The notes beneath the pieces were generated by a model, which was not told the origin of the DNA, did not search any database, and saw only the letters and a program-made list of their open reading frames with translations. Positions 26,051-34,891 of a stretch of DNA of 64,000 bases are shown here, piece by piece. The first letter of the stretch is position 1. Each line of letters starts with the position of its first letter. The position numbers and the translations under genes were made by a program. Origin of the DNA: SAR324 cluster bacterium (GTDB lineage: Bacteria; SAR324; XYD2-FULL-50-16); the NCBI GenBank assembly GCA_028282885.1, contig JANQGX010000006.1, forward strand, positions 91,956 through 155,955, in the 5' to 3' direction.

Positions 26051-27670
26051 CTATGGCCTCGGGATAAATCGATCGAAAACAGCAGGAAAGACGATTCCCT
26101 TAAGCTTCAACTGCTGCAACCGGTATAAATAGGCGGTTCCGTTTAGAATGTTTCTCGTCACTGCAACCACTCCACGGTTTTCTGCTTTTTCCAGAAATGA
26201 CCCCCTGACCCAATCATTAAATGCGCCCATCGCAGGTCCGCAGAAGATCTGATAGTCCATTTCCCGTCCTTTCAGGCCGGAGTTCGCCCAATGTGATGCC
26301 AATCCAAGATACCATCGGAAAACCAGGGCCATTTTCTTTTTAGGATTGCTGTCTGCCTTGGCAATCTGTTCGGGATCTCTTTCCTTGAAATAGTCAATGG
26401 TCTCTTGCCAAACCTGATCGAGGGATTTTTGAAATACTTGTTTCTCGAGCTTGTCGCGTTCGATAGCGGGGATATCGTCAATGGAGCTGCAATTCCTGTA
26501 CAACTCACCCAGTTTCTGGGCTCGCATTGCAAAGAGGGTTCCCCGCCTCAGTACTTGCAGTTTCCCGCCCATTTCAAACATATCGAATGCGGGTGCCATG
26601 GCAACATCAGCCATCTGAGCCTGTGCAAGAAGGCTCCTGACATGATCCGATGTACCTGCTTCGATACAGCCCTGGTTCACAGATCCGGTAACAACATAAG
26701 CGGCTCCCATCATATAGGCTGCAAGTGCGGACTCTGGAGTTGCAATTCCCCCGGCAGCGCCAACTCGCGCAGGTAGTTGATATCCATATTTATCTTGAAT
26801 TTCGTTTCTGAGCGCAATCATCGATGGAAGAAGCGAAACCAACGGGCGGTTGTCCGTATGTCCCCCGGAATCGGCTTCAACGGTTATATCATCTGCCATT
26901 GGAACCTTTCCGGCCATATTGGCTTGATCCTGTGTGATCAATTGCTGCTCAACCAACCGTGATAAAAACTTCTCCGGAGCTGGTTCCATGAATTTGGTTG
27001 CCACCTCCCGGCGCGAGATTTTGGCAATAATCCTGTTATTGATCCGGATATTTCCATTTTGTCCCTGTTCCAGACCTGCTGCACGGTAATAGACTACATA
27101 GGGGGTTAATTCCATATAAGCAGAGGCTTCAACAGTTCTGATCCGATGTTTTAGATAGAGATCAACAGCGTTTTTTTCCAGAGCTTCAAAAAAGGGATTG
27201 TGGATCAGGTTAAAAGCATAGGGGCCAGCCGGAAGTTCTTTCTGAAGATACTGAATTGTCTCTTCAAGCTGGGCGGGGATGACTCCACCGGCACCATAGG
27301 AGGCTAGATAACCGTTTTTGCCAAGCGTGACTACCATCTCCGGTGATGAGATACCATGCGCCATTGATCCCGCGTAACTTGCATACCTGGATTGGTAATC
27401 CTGTTTAAAATGCGGATCTCCCAATTTGTCGGCGGTCAGCGGATTGGCGACCCCCAGGAGGGGAGTATCGCCATTGGGATCTATCTTACCGCTATTGCTG
27501 GCTCCGATCCGATTATCATATTGGAGCAGGAAGACAGGTTGTTCCAGGTCCAGAAGCATCTCCTGAATGGCAGATTCATCATAAACGATTGACGAAGTTG
27601 AACCGCTCCAGCTTAGTCCTTCGGATTGAACGGCTGAAATCAATTCAATATTGTTTGGCTTGGATGTCAT
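26051..27670 (-). CDS. pfaD: PfaD-type enoyl reductase of PUFA / trans-AT PKS systems (FMN, nitronate-monooxygenase fold)
   Basis: 539 aa. Motifs MAHGISSPEMV, GAGG, EADSGGHTDNRP and GAAGGI are typical of PfaD-type ER. The start codon overlaps the upstream stop as ATGA (27667-27670). Confidence 0.85.
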   Translation of the reverse strand: MTSKPNNIELISAVQSEGLSWSGSTSSIVYDESAIQEMLLDLEQPVFLLQYDNRIGASNSGKIDPNGDTPLLGVANPLTADKLGDPHFKQDYQSRYASYAGSMAHGISSPEMVVTLGKNGYLASYGAGGVIPAQLEETIQYLQKELPAGPYAFNLIHNPFFEALEKNAVDLYLKHRIRTVEASAYMELTPYVVYYRAAGLEQGQNGNIRINNRIIAKISRREVATKFMEPAPEKFLSRLVEQQLITQDQANMAGKVPMADDITVEADSGGHTDNRPLVSLLPSMIALRNEIQDKYGYQLPARVGAAGGIATPESALAAYMMGAAYVVTGSVNQGCIEAGTSDHVRSLLAQAQMADVAMAPAFDMFEMGGKLQVLRRGTLFAMRAQKLGELYRNCSSIDDIPAIERDKLEKQVFQKSLDQVWQETIDYFKERDPEQIAKADSNPKKKMALVFRWYLGLASHWANSGLKGREMDYQIFCGPAMGAFNDWVRGSFLEKAENRGVVAVTRNILNGTAYLYRLQQLKLKGIVFPAVFDRFIPRP

Positions 27671-30600
27671 GTGGTTTCTCCAATCAGTGCGATTGCTGCG
27701 TCCTTGATTTCATAAATACGAAGGCCATTTTTCCATAAATTGGCATCGGCATGTATCTGGATTCTGTCTGTTGCTTTTACAATGAATTTTAAATGGACCT
27801 CAAGATCCATCGATTCATTGTCCGGGGTTACCTGACCTCTGTATAGCCATTGGGTTTTACCGGCGACATGTGTAAAATAGGGTCGTTTCAAACCGGCTCC
27901 CAGGTCTTCCGCTAAAGCAAAAATCTTCATAGCCTGAAGAATCGCTTCCACTCCGAGTGAACCCGGCATTACAGGATCATTATAAAAATGGCAGGGATAA
28001 AACCAGTCGTTGGGATCAACTGTTTTGTGGGCGAAGACATAACCGTTGCCATATTTGCCGCTGTTTCTGAACAGATAGGCCTCGTCAAGAAATTCTAGCT
28101 GATCTCCGGCCAGGCGATAAAATGGTTTATCCGCTTCTGAGTCGAAGAATCTCTTTCTGGTCTTATCGGATTTAAGCGGTACCCTCTCAGATGAATCCAG
28201 CGACAGTTTGTTTAATTCATACCAGGGTGGGATCTTCTCCCCACGATCCAGACCTCTTTGCATGGAGAGGGCTTTGGGGGTGGAGTATCCAAATTGGGTT
28301 TTCCCTTCGTAAAACCTGGTTCCATCTGTTGTCAGACAATAGTCAAAATTGATTACTACAGTTTCTGCCGCTTTTGAAACGGAAGTCATCAGGATATCTA
28401 TAGTTACCGTTTTCCCCCTCAAGTCCGGAATGGAGATCAGGTTGGCGTCGGAGCCCAGGTTTCGAAAACACATCTCTGCTTCCGGGTAGACCAGGGTCGT
28501 TCCCATGTAAGCACTCAAAAAGGCGCAGGGTTGCAGTGCAATTTCCATGATAATGGAATAAGGCGTTACCGGGTATGGGTTTTGCCGGATAAACCATGCA
28601 TCCTCCGGGACATCATACTCCGCTTTAAGAGCAGAAGGCTGGGAAAAATCAAATCGTTTTCCCTGAATATCCATAATTCGGCTAACCAGCTTGAGATCAC
28701 CATTTGGCATTCGCGGACCTTTCCGGCCATTATAAATTTTATACTCAGGGCCAAAACATTTCTCCAGTGAGCCCGTGGCGAACTCTTCTATCACATCCGG
28801 TCCAAAAAGAGCGGGTTTTGCTTGAGATTTTCCGGTTATGCCCTGTTCTATTTTCGCAGGATCGCCACCGGTTTTTTCCATCAGCTCAACCCCGAGATCC
28901 CGGAAATCGACCAGAATTTTATCATCCATTATGATATAGAAGTTGGCCCTTGCGAATGGTCGGGGGTGCAGTCCGATTTCAATGATCTCCATCTTGTAAG
29001 TGTACCTGGTATCGCTCGGAACAATTTGGCCTCGAGCCCGGATTCCATATGGACGGTTCTTAACCGGCTGGAATCTCGCATCGCGGGTTTTGACTTGAAG
29101 ACCCAGGAAAAGCATATAGAATCCCAGTAATTGAACGCAACCTTCGGTCACCAGGGTTCCTGCCAGGACGTTGTCATCCTTGAAATGGCAGGGGAAATAC
29201 CAGTGATCAGGGGCAAGATCCTTTTCGGCAATCACTTCTCCCAATCCCCAGGGTCCCCCTGTTCGATCAATAGAAGTGATGCGATCCAGCATCATGATTT
29301 CTGAAGATGCGAACCGCAGGGATGGATTCAAGCCTTGTTGATCATATGTGGCTCCAAAACAGGCAGCGATATTGCCCTTGGTAATATTGAGCAGTTGCTC
29401 CCTTGTAAAAGATGTCCTGTGGCAATGGAGCAGCGGATCAAATCGCCGTTTTTCAACGCGGGCCCGCTGGTCGAGTTCGGCTTTGGAGAAGACAATCCCT
29501 TTGCCTTGTGCCAACTCTTCATCGGATACAAAACCGGCTCTTCCGCCGGTCATTTTATAAACGAGCTTGTCCCTGACATAGCAGTCATAGCCGAAATTGA
29601 AGAAGAGCGCCTCCCCGGATTTGAGAAAGGATTCGATTTTTATGTCATAACGAAGTGTTTCTCCTTCTTTGGGAAGTTCGTCAAAGAAGGTCATGGTATA
29701 ATCGGTGAGTCGATAATAGCGTTCCCCTTTGCTATCGAAATCGATCCCCAGGTAACTGATCAACAGAAGATCGCATTGACCTGCTTCACTGGCAATGGCC
29801 CAGGGAATCTGGCTGTCAATGCTGTACCAGGCTCCGTGCGGGATGTCATACTCGGTGGTGAGTGAAGAGGATTCAAATTCCCCTCTTTTGGCGTTGAGCC
29901 GGGTGACCCGGTTTACCAGTAAATAAGGCGGTAGTGGCAGACGTACTCTGTACTTATAGGTATCAATGATAGCATACTCGTTTCCAAAAACCTTGGCGAT
30001 ACTGCCTCCGGCAAATTCCAACAGATCAGGTTCGTTCCAGATATTATTGGCAGGGGCTGTTTGTTTTCCGGATTCGGGATAAAAATAAGGATCTCCGGCA
30101 AACGGTTTTTCGGTTATGGTGGATTGCGGAGTCGGTTTCTGCCCTGGGGAATGCATCAGTTTCAGCTTTATCATTTCTCTCAGATGCTTCAGGGCCGAAT
30201 CACGAGCGGTCAAAAATGCTGAATGGCTGCGATTGATCTGGGCTTGATGCAAGCGCATACTTCTATTCGCATTAGCCAGCAACTCCTCCGATCCGGTCAG
30301 TTCGAGAGACCCTTCTTCATATAAAGTTGATGGCGCCTGTGGCTGGGGGGTAATTGCTTCCCCCGGTTTTACTGTTGTAGAAAAAGTTGTCTGCTGTTGG
30401 CCAGTCCTTGCGTCATCAACCGCAATTCGTGCTGAAAGATCCGGAAGGGTTATTTGATCGTTAATGCGATCTCCACCAAGAACAATTGATTTCACCCCCT
30501 GCATTGAAGACTGGAGACCGGATTCGAGAGGATAAATACAGGTAAAGTCCGGACTTGTTCGATGGCTGTATAGTGCGGCCATGGCTTTCATCAGGGATTG

Positions 30601-33600
30601 ATGTTCACTACATCCCTTGTTGTCGACAGATATCGCCAGATGGGGTCTGTTTTCCAGTATTTCATTGATCCAGCGGGAGCAATTGGCTCTGGGACCCAGT
30701 TCAAGGAAAATTCTGTTTCCATCCTCGTATACCTTGTTGACGAGGTCCGGAAAATTCAGAGTCTGGCAATATATCCCAGCAATATTGTCGGCAAGCTGCG
30801 TGCTGGTTTGTTCAGTCGGTCCATTGTTGAAAGCGGAATAAAACTGGATATCCTCCCTTGTTGTCACCTCGGAATTATGTAAGTCATGAAGAGCGTTATA
30901 CTCTGCTTTAACCAGCTCGCAATGAATGATATCGTTCAGTCCACCCGGACTGACTGCCCCCTTGAAGTTTTGAATGAATTTCCGGCATGCGGATTCTTCA
31001 CCTCCTATCACCACTTCCCCGGGTGTATTGACCAGCAGCAGAAAAACCCTCTCCTCACCTGCAATCAATCCTGCGACTTCATCCACGGGTGCTTGAATAG
31101 CGTAGGTATTCCAGATTCCCGGTTGTTGGCCTTTATCATTTTCAGGATAGTTCCAGGCTTTGCGGGCTGTAATCATCGGCCCCGCCAATTGTTCGCGGAA
31201 AAGCGGACTGGTCTGCAGGAGCCGGCTCAATCGGTCTGTATTCTGCCAGAGTCCCAGGGCAAAGCACATGGAAACCTCACCCATGCTGTAACCGAAGGCC
31301 GAATCAGGTTGAATTCCAAATGCACCGTTAAGTATTGCGGTCTTTAAGATGGTAAAATTGATACCTGATTCAAATACCGGTATGACATCACTGTCCAGGG
31401 TTTTCTGGAATCGGGCGATATCTTTATCGGATAGTGATGTGAGCGAACGGGGACTGATCAACCGGTCATGAAACAATCTATCTGGATTACCGGAATAGGT
31501 TTCGGGCATATCAGCCAGATCAGGGAACATCCGGAAAGTATCCTTTCCCATACCAATATAGGAATTGAAGGCCCCGGGATAGACAAAGCTCAATTTCCCT
31601 TCCACTCCCAGCGGATCGCCTGTAAAATAGCTGCCCATGGGAGATGACCAGGTGCTTTTCTCGGATAACGCGGATGGTATTCCCTTCAGGGCCGCTTCTA
31701 ATTCAGCTTTAAGACTTTCCTTATTTCCGGCGAGAATGGCGACAGCGTTTTTTTGGTTTTCAGTATTTCCGTTTTGCCGGTGACGTTCGCAAGCGGCCAA
31801 ATACAAATCATCCACCCGGTCAACGTCTTCCAGATAGCTTTTCAGATCCTTCAGAAGTTTTGACACATCATTGGCTGCAAAGGGAAACAGTTGCACGGGG
31901 GTCTGTTTGAAAAAATCATTGCTTCTCTTTTCCGGATTTTGGTTTTCTGAAAGGATCAGCACGGCTGTGGAATCATCAGCATTGGTTCCTGCGATAGCGG
32001 CAAATCTCTTCGGATGTTCTGCCTTAAGCCAATGTGTGGATTGGGTAGCTGCATAAAACGGGCTTTTTTCTATTGTTTCAGGTAATTTGGGGCGCTTCCA
32101 TCCAGGTAAAGCCGGGATGTAGCGATGGTGAAGGCAGAGTGCGGTTTTAATCAGCGATGCCATTCCCGATGCGGTATAAGTATGCCCGACATTTGTGGCA
32201 GCACTACTTAAGGCACAGGATAGTCGTGATGTGGAACCAAAACCTCCGGCCAGCCCCCTTATCATCTCCTCTTCACATCCAACTCCGGAGATCTCAATGA
32301 GTCCTATGTTTTCCGGCTGAATATCGGTTTTATCAAAGGTTGCCAGGCAACCGGATTTTACGGAATGCTCGTCCGATCCTGGGGTTATCTCGATGGAATC
32401 GATCATTGCATAGCAGCGATGATGATCCTTTTCACCTTTTTTTGCAGTTTTTACCACGATCGCTCCCGCGCCTTCCCCGGCTTTCCAACCTGTGGTTTCT
32501 GCGTCGAATCCCATGGATCCGTTTTTGGTGGAAAATGGTTCATGGAATCGATTCCTGATCAGCATATCCTCCAGATTCCCTGCCAAATCCACTGCTCCCA
32601 CAACGGCTGCATCCACTTCATTATTGCTCAACATCATCTGAGCCACCTGCAAGGCTTTGTATGCGGAGTTATCATCAGCGGACAAAGTAAACGCCGGACC
32701 TGAAAAATCCCAGAAGGCAGAGATACGGCTGGCCATGATGTTGCCGATGAAGCTGGTGAATTCGTTTACCCTTACCGGTTTGCGAATAGTGTTTTGCATC
32801 CGGCTTTTCAGATCTTTCTGCTCATCCCCGGACAGATTGATTTTGTTATTCTCTAGAAACCTGTCCAGCATCCAGTCCAGATCGATTCTGGCTTTGAACT
32901 GGTGAAGAGACTTATCCGATTCCATGGCAATAATCACCGCAACATTCGACCCTTTGCGGATACCGGCGTCTAGGATGGCATTGTCGGCGATTTTCAGCAT
33001 CAGCAGCTGCTGGGGAATCATGGTTTCGATTTCATTGGGTGGAATTCGGTACCGTAACGCATCAAAATCAAAGGATTCAAGGTAGCCCCCTTTGGGTATA
33101 CCTTCACTTCCGAATCCGAATGTTTCAAGGAGGGAAGGGTTATCATCAATTCCTTTCCAACGGTTGCGGGGCAGGGGTATAAATCCCTGCTCACCGGCAT
33201 AAACAGCCTGGTCATAGGCGGCCAATCCGGAAAAGGGACCAAAGCTGGCATCCATACCGATAATGGAAAGAGCTTCCTGTTGCGAAGGTTTGGATGGACG
33301 AAGGTTTTTAGCAGACTGCTTGTTTTGTTCCGCCGATTGTTCAAAAACCAGGTGCGCATCCGTTCCGCCAAATCCAAAAGCATTCACTGCACAACAACGG
33401 GGATGAGAATGCTCCGGCCAGGGGCGTGACTTGTCCACTACCTGTTGGCTGGAAATTACATTCCCCGGTGAAGAGACAGGCTCCTCTATGTGAATAGTGG
33501 CGGGAATCATTCCCTGTTCCATACTGAGAATCACCTTGATCATACTTGCCATACCTGCACAGGTCAGCAGATGACCGAAGTTTGCCTTCACCGAGCCAAT

Positions 33601-34683
33601 TAGAGGGGAGCCACCGTTCTTCCCGAAAAACATCTCCAGGGACTCCAGTTCAACCTTGTCTCCTACAGGAGTTCCTGTGGCATGGCATTCGATATAGTCA
33701 ATCTTTCCGGGTGATATTCCGGAGTCATGATAGGCTCGTTCGTATGCCAGAAGCTGCCCCCTGGAGTTCGGACTGAGAACTGACCGTCCCTTTCCGTCAT
33801 TTGACAAGCCAATCCCGGAGATGACGGCATGAATTCTATCTTTGTCCCGAAGAGCGTCATCCAGTCTTTTCAGGAGAAACATTCCCGCCCCTTCACCGGA
33901 CACCAGTCCATCAGACCGCTTATCTAGTGGACAGTGGATGTCCTTGTCGGAGTATGCTGTGAAAGTGGAAAAACCCTGGTTGATGAAAAAGGGATCACCG
34001 GCACTGACTGCACCGGCAAGCATCAGATCCACCTGCCCCGATTCAAGATAATCGCAGGCCAGTTTTACTGAATAGAGTGAGGAGGCACAGGCAGCATCCA
34101 AAGCAAATGAGACTCCCGAAAGTCCCAATGCTTTGGAGATAATCTCAGCCGGTTGACCTGAAATACGGCTATTGGAAATGACCTGATTCTGCAGGCTTTC
34201 GTGTTCAATGAAATCCAGATTCTCTTTTCCCAGCGACTTCTTGAGGCTGTCCTCGAATAGTTTATGGTAAATCGGCAAAAAGATTTGATTGGACGATTTT
34301 GTTGGAAAGGAGAGATTGCCAAGAATCACTCCGCAGGGTTCCGGATGCTTTCCGGTTTGATAATACCCTCCATTTTGCAAGGCTTCCCTGGCAACATAGA
34401 GGGACCACTGGTAGATGTCGTCTAACTGTTGCAGGTAAGATTCATCAAGTTTGTAGCCGGTAGCATCGAATTCAAAGTCGGTGATATAGCCTCCCCGCAG
34501 GCTGTAGTATTTGTCCGGTTCTCCCTTTTTCCTGCTGAAGTAGACTGAGGGATCAATTCCCATTTGTTTGGCCGTATGAAAAGAAGTAGAGTCGATTCCC
34601 CGGTTCAGATTTTGTATAAACTGTTCCGGTGTCCTGGCACCGGGAAAAAGGCACGACATTCCGATTACGGCGATTTTCTGCAT
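27667..34683 (-). CDS. pfaC: PfaC-like PUFA-synthase subunit with embedded acyltransferase: KS - CLF - AT - (pseudo-DH + FabA-type DH) x2
   Basis: KS spans aa 3-447 (nt 33343-34677): DAAC199ASS (Cys codon at 34087-34089), ECHATGT, NFGHLL. The KS-like CLF spans aa 472-915 (nt 31939-33270): the Cys position reads SADDNS and the first His motif is lost. AT spans about aa 1030-1345 (nt 30649-31596): GYS1133MGE. A Pro/Gln/Thr-rich linker covers aa 1400-1545. Two FabA-type DH cores are present, DHWYFPCHFKDD (aa 1826-1837) and NDWFYPCHFYNDPVMPG (aa 2225-2241). I saw no ACP (LGxDS) or KR motif. Confidence 0.85.
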   Translation of the reverse strand: MQKIAVIGMSCLFPGARTPEQFIQNLNRGIDSTSFHTAKQMGIDPSVYFSRKKGEPDKYYSLRGGYITDFEFDATGYKLDESYLQQLDDIYQWSLYVAREALQNGGYYQTGKHPEPCGVILGNLSFPTKSSNQIFLPIYHKLFEDSLKKSLGKENLDFIEHESLQNQVISNSRISGQPAEIISKALGLSGVSFALDAACASSLYSVKLACDYLESGQVDLMLAGAVSAGDPFFINQGFSTFTAYSDKDIHCPLDKRSDGLVSGEGAGMFLLKRLDDALRDKDRIHAVISGIGLSNDGKGRSVLSPNSRGQLLAYERAYHDSGISPGKIDYIECHATGTPVGDKVELESLEMFFGKNGGSPLIGSVKANFGHLLTCAGMASMIKVILSMEQGMIPATIHIEEPVSSPGNVISSQQVVDKSRPWPEHSHPRCCAVNAFGFGGTDAHLVFEQSAEQNKQSAKNLRPSKPSQQEALSIIGMDASFGPFSGLAAYDQAVYAGEQGFIPLPRNRWKGIDDNPSLLETFGFGSEGIPKGGYLESFDFDALRYRIPPNEIETMIPQQLLMLKIADNAILDAGIRKGSNVAVIIAMESDKSLHQFKARIDLDWMLDRFLENNKINLSGDEQKDLKSRMQNTIRKPVRVNEFTSFIGNIMASRISAFWDFSGPAFTLSADDNSAYKALQVAQMMLSNNEVDAAVVGAVDLAGNLEDMLIRNRFHEPFSTKNGSMGFDAETTGWKAGEGAGAIVVKTAKKGEKDHHRCYAMIDSIEITPGSDEHSVKSGCLATFDKTDIQPENIGLIEISGVGCEEEMIRGLAGGFGSTSRLSCALSSAATNVGHTYTASGMASLIKTALCLHHRYIPALPGWKRPKLPETIEKSPFYAATQSTHWLKAEHPKRFAAIAGTNADDSTAVLILSENQNPEKRSNDFFKQTPVQLFPFAANDVSKLLKDLKSYLEDVDRVDDLYLAACERHRQNGNTENQKNAVAILAGNKESLKAELEAALKGIPSALSEKSTWSSPMGSYFTGDPLGVEGKLSFVYPGAFNSYIGMGKDTFRMFPDLADMPETYSGNPDRLFHDRLISPRSLTSLSDKDIARFQKTLDSDVIPVFESGINFTILKTAILNGAFGIQPDSAFGYSMGEVSMCFALGLWQNTDRLSRLLQTSPLFREQLAGPMITARKAWNYPENDKGQQPGIWNTYAIQAPVDEVAGLIAGEERVFLLLVNTPGEVVIGGEESACRKFIQNFKGAVSPGGLNDIIHCELVKAEYNALHDLHNSEVTTREDIQFYSAFNNGPTEQTSTQLADNIAGIYCQTLNFPDLVNKVYEDGNRIFLELGPRANCSRWINEILENRPHLAISVDNKGCSEHQSLMKAMAALYSHRTSPDFTCIYPLESGLQSSMQGVKSIVLGGDRINDQITLPDLSARIAVDDARTGQQQTTFSTTVKPGEAITPQPQAPSTLYEEGSLELTGSEELLANANRSMRLHQAQINRSHSAFLTARDSALKHLREMIKLKLMHSPGQKPTPQSTITEKPFAGDPYFYPESGKQTAPANNIWNEPDLLEFAGGSIAKVFGNEYAIIDTYKYRVRLPLPPYLLVNRVTRLNAKRGEFESSSLTTEYDIPHGAWYSIDSQIPWAIASEAGQCDLLLISYLGIDFDSKGERYYRLTDYTMTFFDELPKEGETLRYDIKIESFLKSGEALFFNFGYDCYVRDKLVYKMTGGRAGFVSDEELAQGKGIVFSKAELDQRARVEKRRFDPLLHCHRTSFTREQLLNITKGNIAACFGATYDQQGLNPSLRFASSEIMMLDRITSIDRTGGPWGLGEVIAEKDLAPDHWYFPCHFKDDNVLAGTLVTEGCVQLLGFYMLFLGLQVKTRDARFQPVKNRPYGIRARGQIVPSDTRYTYKMEIIEIGLHPRPFARANFYIIMDDKILVDFRDLGVELMEKTGGDPAKIEQGITGKSQAKPALFGPDVIEEFATGSLEKCFGPEYKIYNGRKGPRMPNGDLKLVSRIMDIQGKRFDFSQPSALKAEYDVPEDAWFIRQNPYPVTPYSIIMEIALQPCAFLSAYMGTTLVYPEAEMCFRNLGSDANLISIPDLRGKTVTIDILMTSVSKAAETVVINFDYCLTTDGTRFYEGKTQFGYSTPKALSMQRGLDRGEKIPPWYELNKLSLDSSERVPLKSDKTRKRFFDSEADKPFYRLAGDQLEFLDEAYLFRNSGKYGNGYVFAHKTVDPNDWFYPCHFYNDPVMPGSLGVEAILQAMKIFALAEDLGAGLKRPYFTHVAGKTQWLYRGQVTPDNESMDLEVHLKFIVKATDRIQIHADANLWKNGLRIYEIKDAAIALIGETT

Positions 34684-34753
34684 GGAAGAACCTGTTGGTA
34701 GTTGTCAGGGAAAAGCTGGAGCTATCTTTTTTTACTGATTTTTTGTAATTCCA

Positions 34754-34786
34754 AATCAATATTGATTCATCTGCCGGTGCAGTCAA
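34754..34786 (-). promoter_or_regulatory. candidate sigma-70 promoter of pfaC with an overlapping perfect 14-bp palindrome
   Basis: On the minus strand the promoter reads TTGACT (34781-34786), a 17-nt spacer, then AATATT (34758-34763). The palindrome AATCAATATTGATT (34754-34767) covers the -10 element. Confidence 0.5.
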
Positions 34787-34891
34787 CGCCTTGTCAGGCG
34801 CAGGGATGACCTCAACCGCAATGCTTTGTGTATCAGTAGAATATTGTGCGTTATCGTACCCTTGGTTGTAAAGGGCTCAGTAGAAGGCCCT

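Noticed and set aside
28343-34322. Many 60-176-aa ORFs on both strands inside the 7-kb pfaC-like gene, for example 29335..29865 and 30886..31347.
   Set aside because: All are nested in, or antisense to, a continuous 2338-codon frame that has recognisable catalytic motifs throughout.
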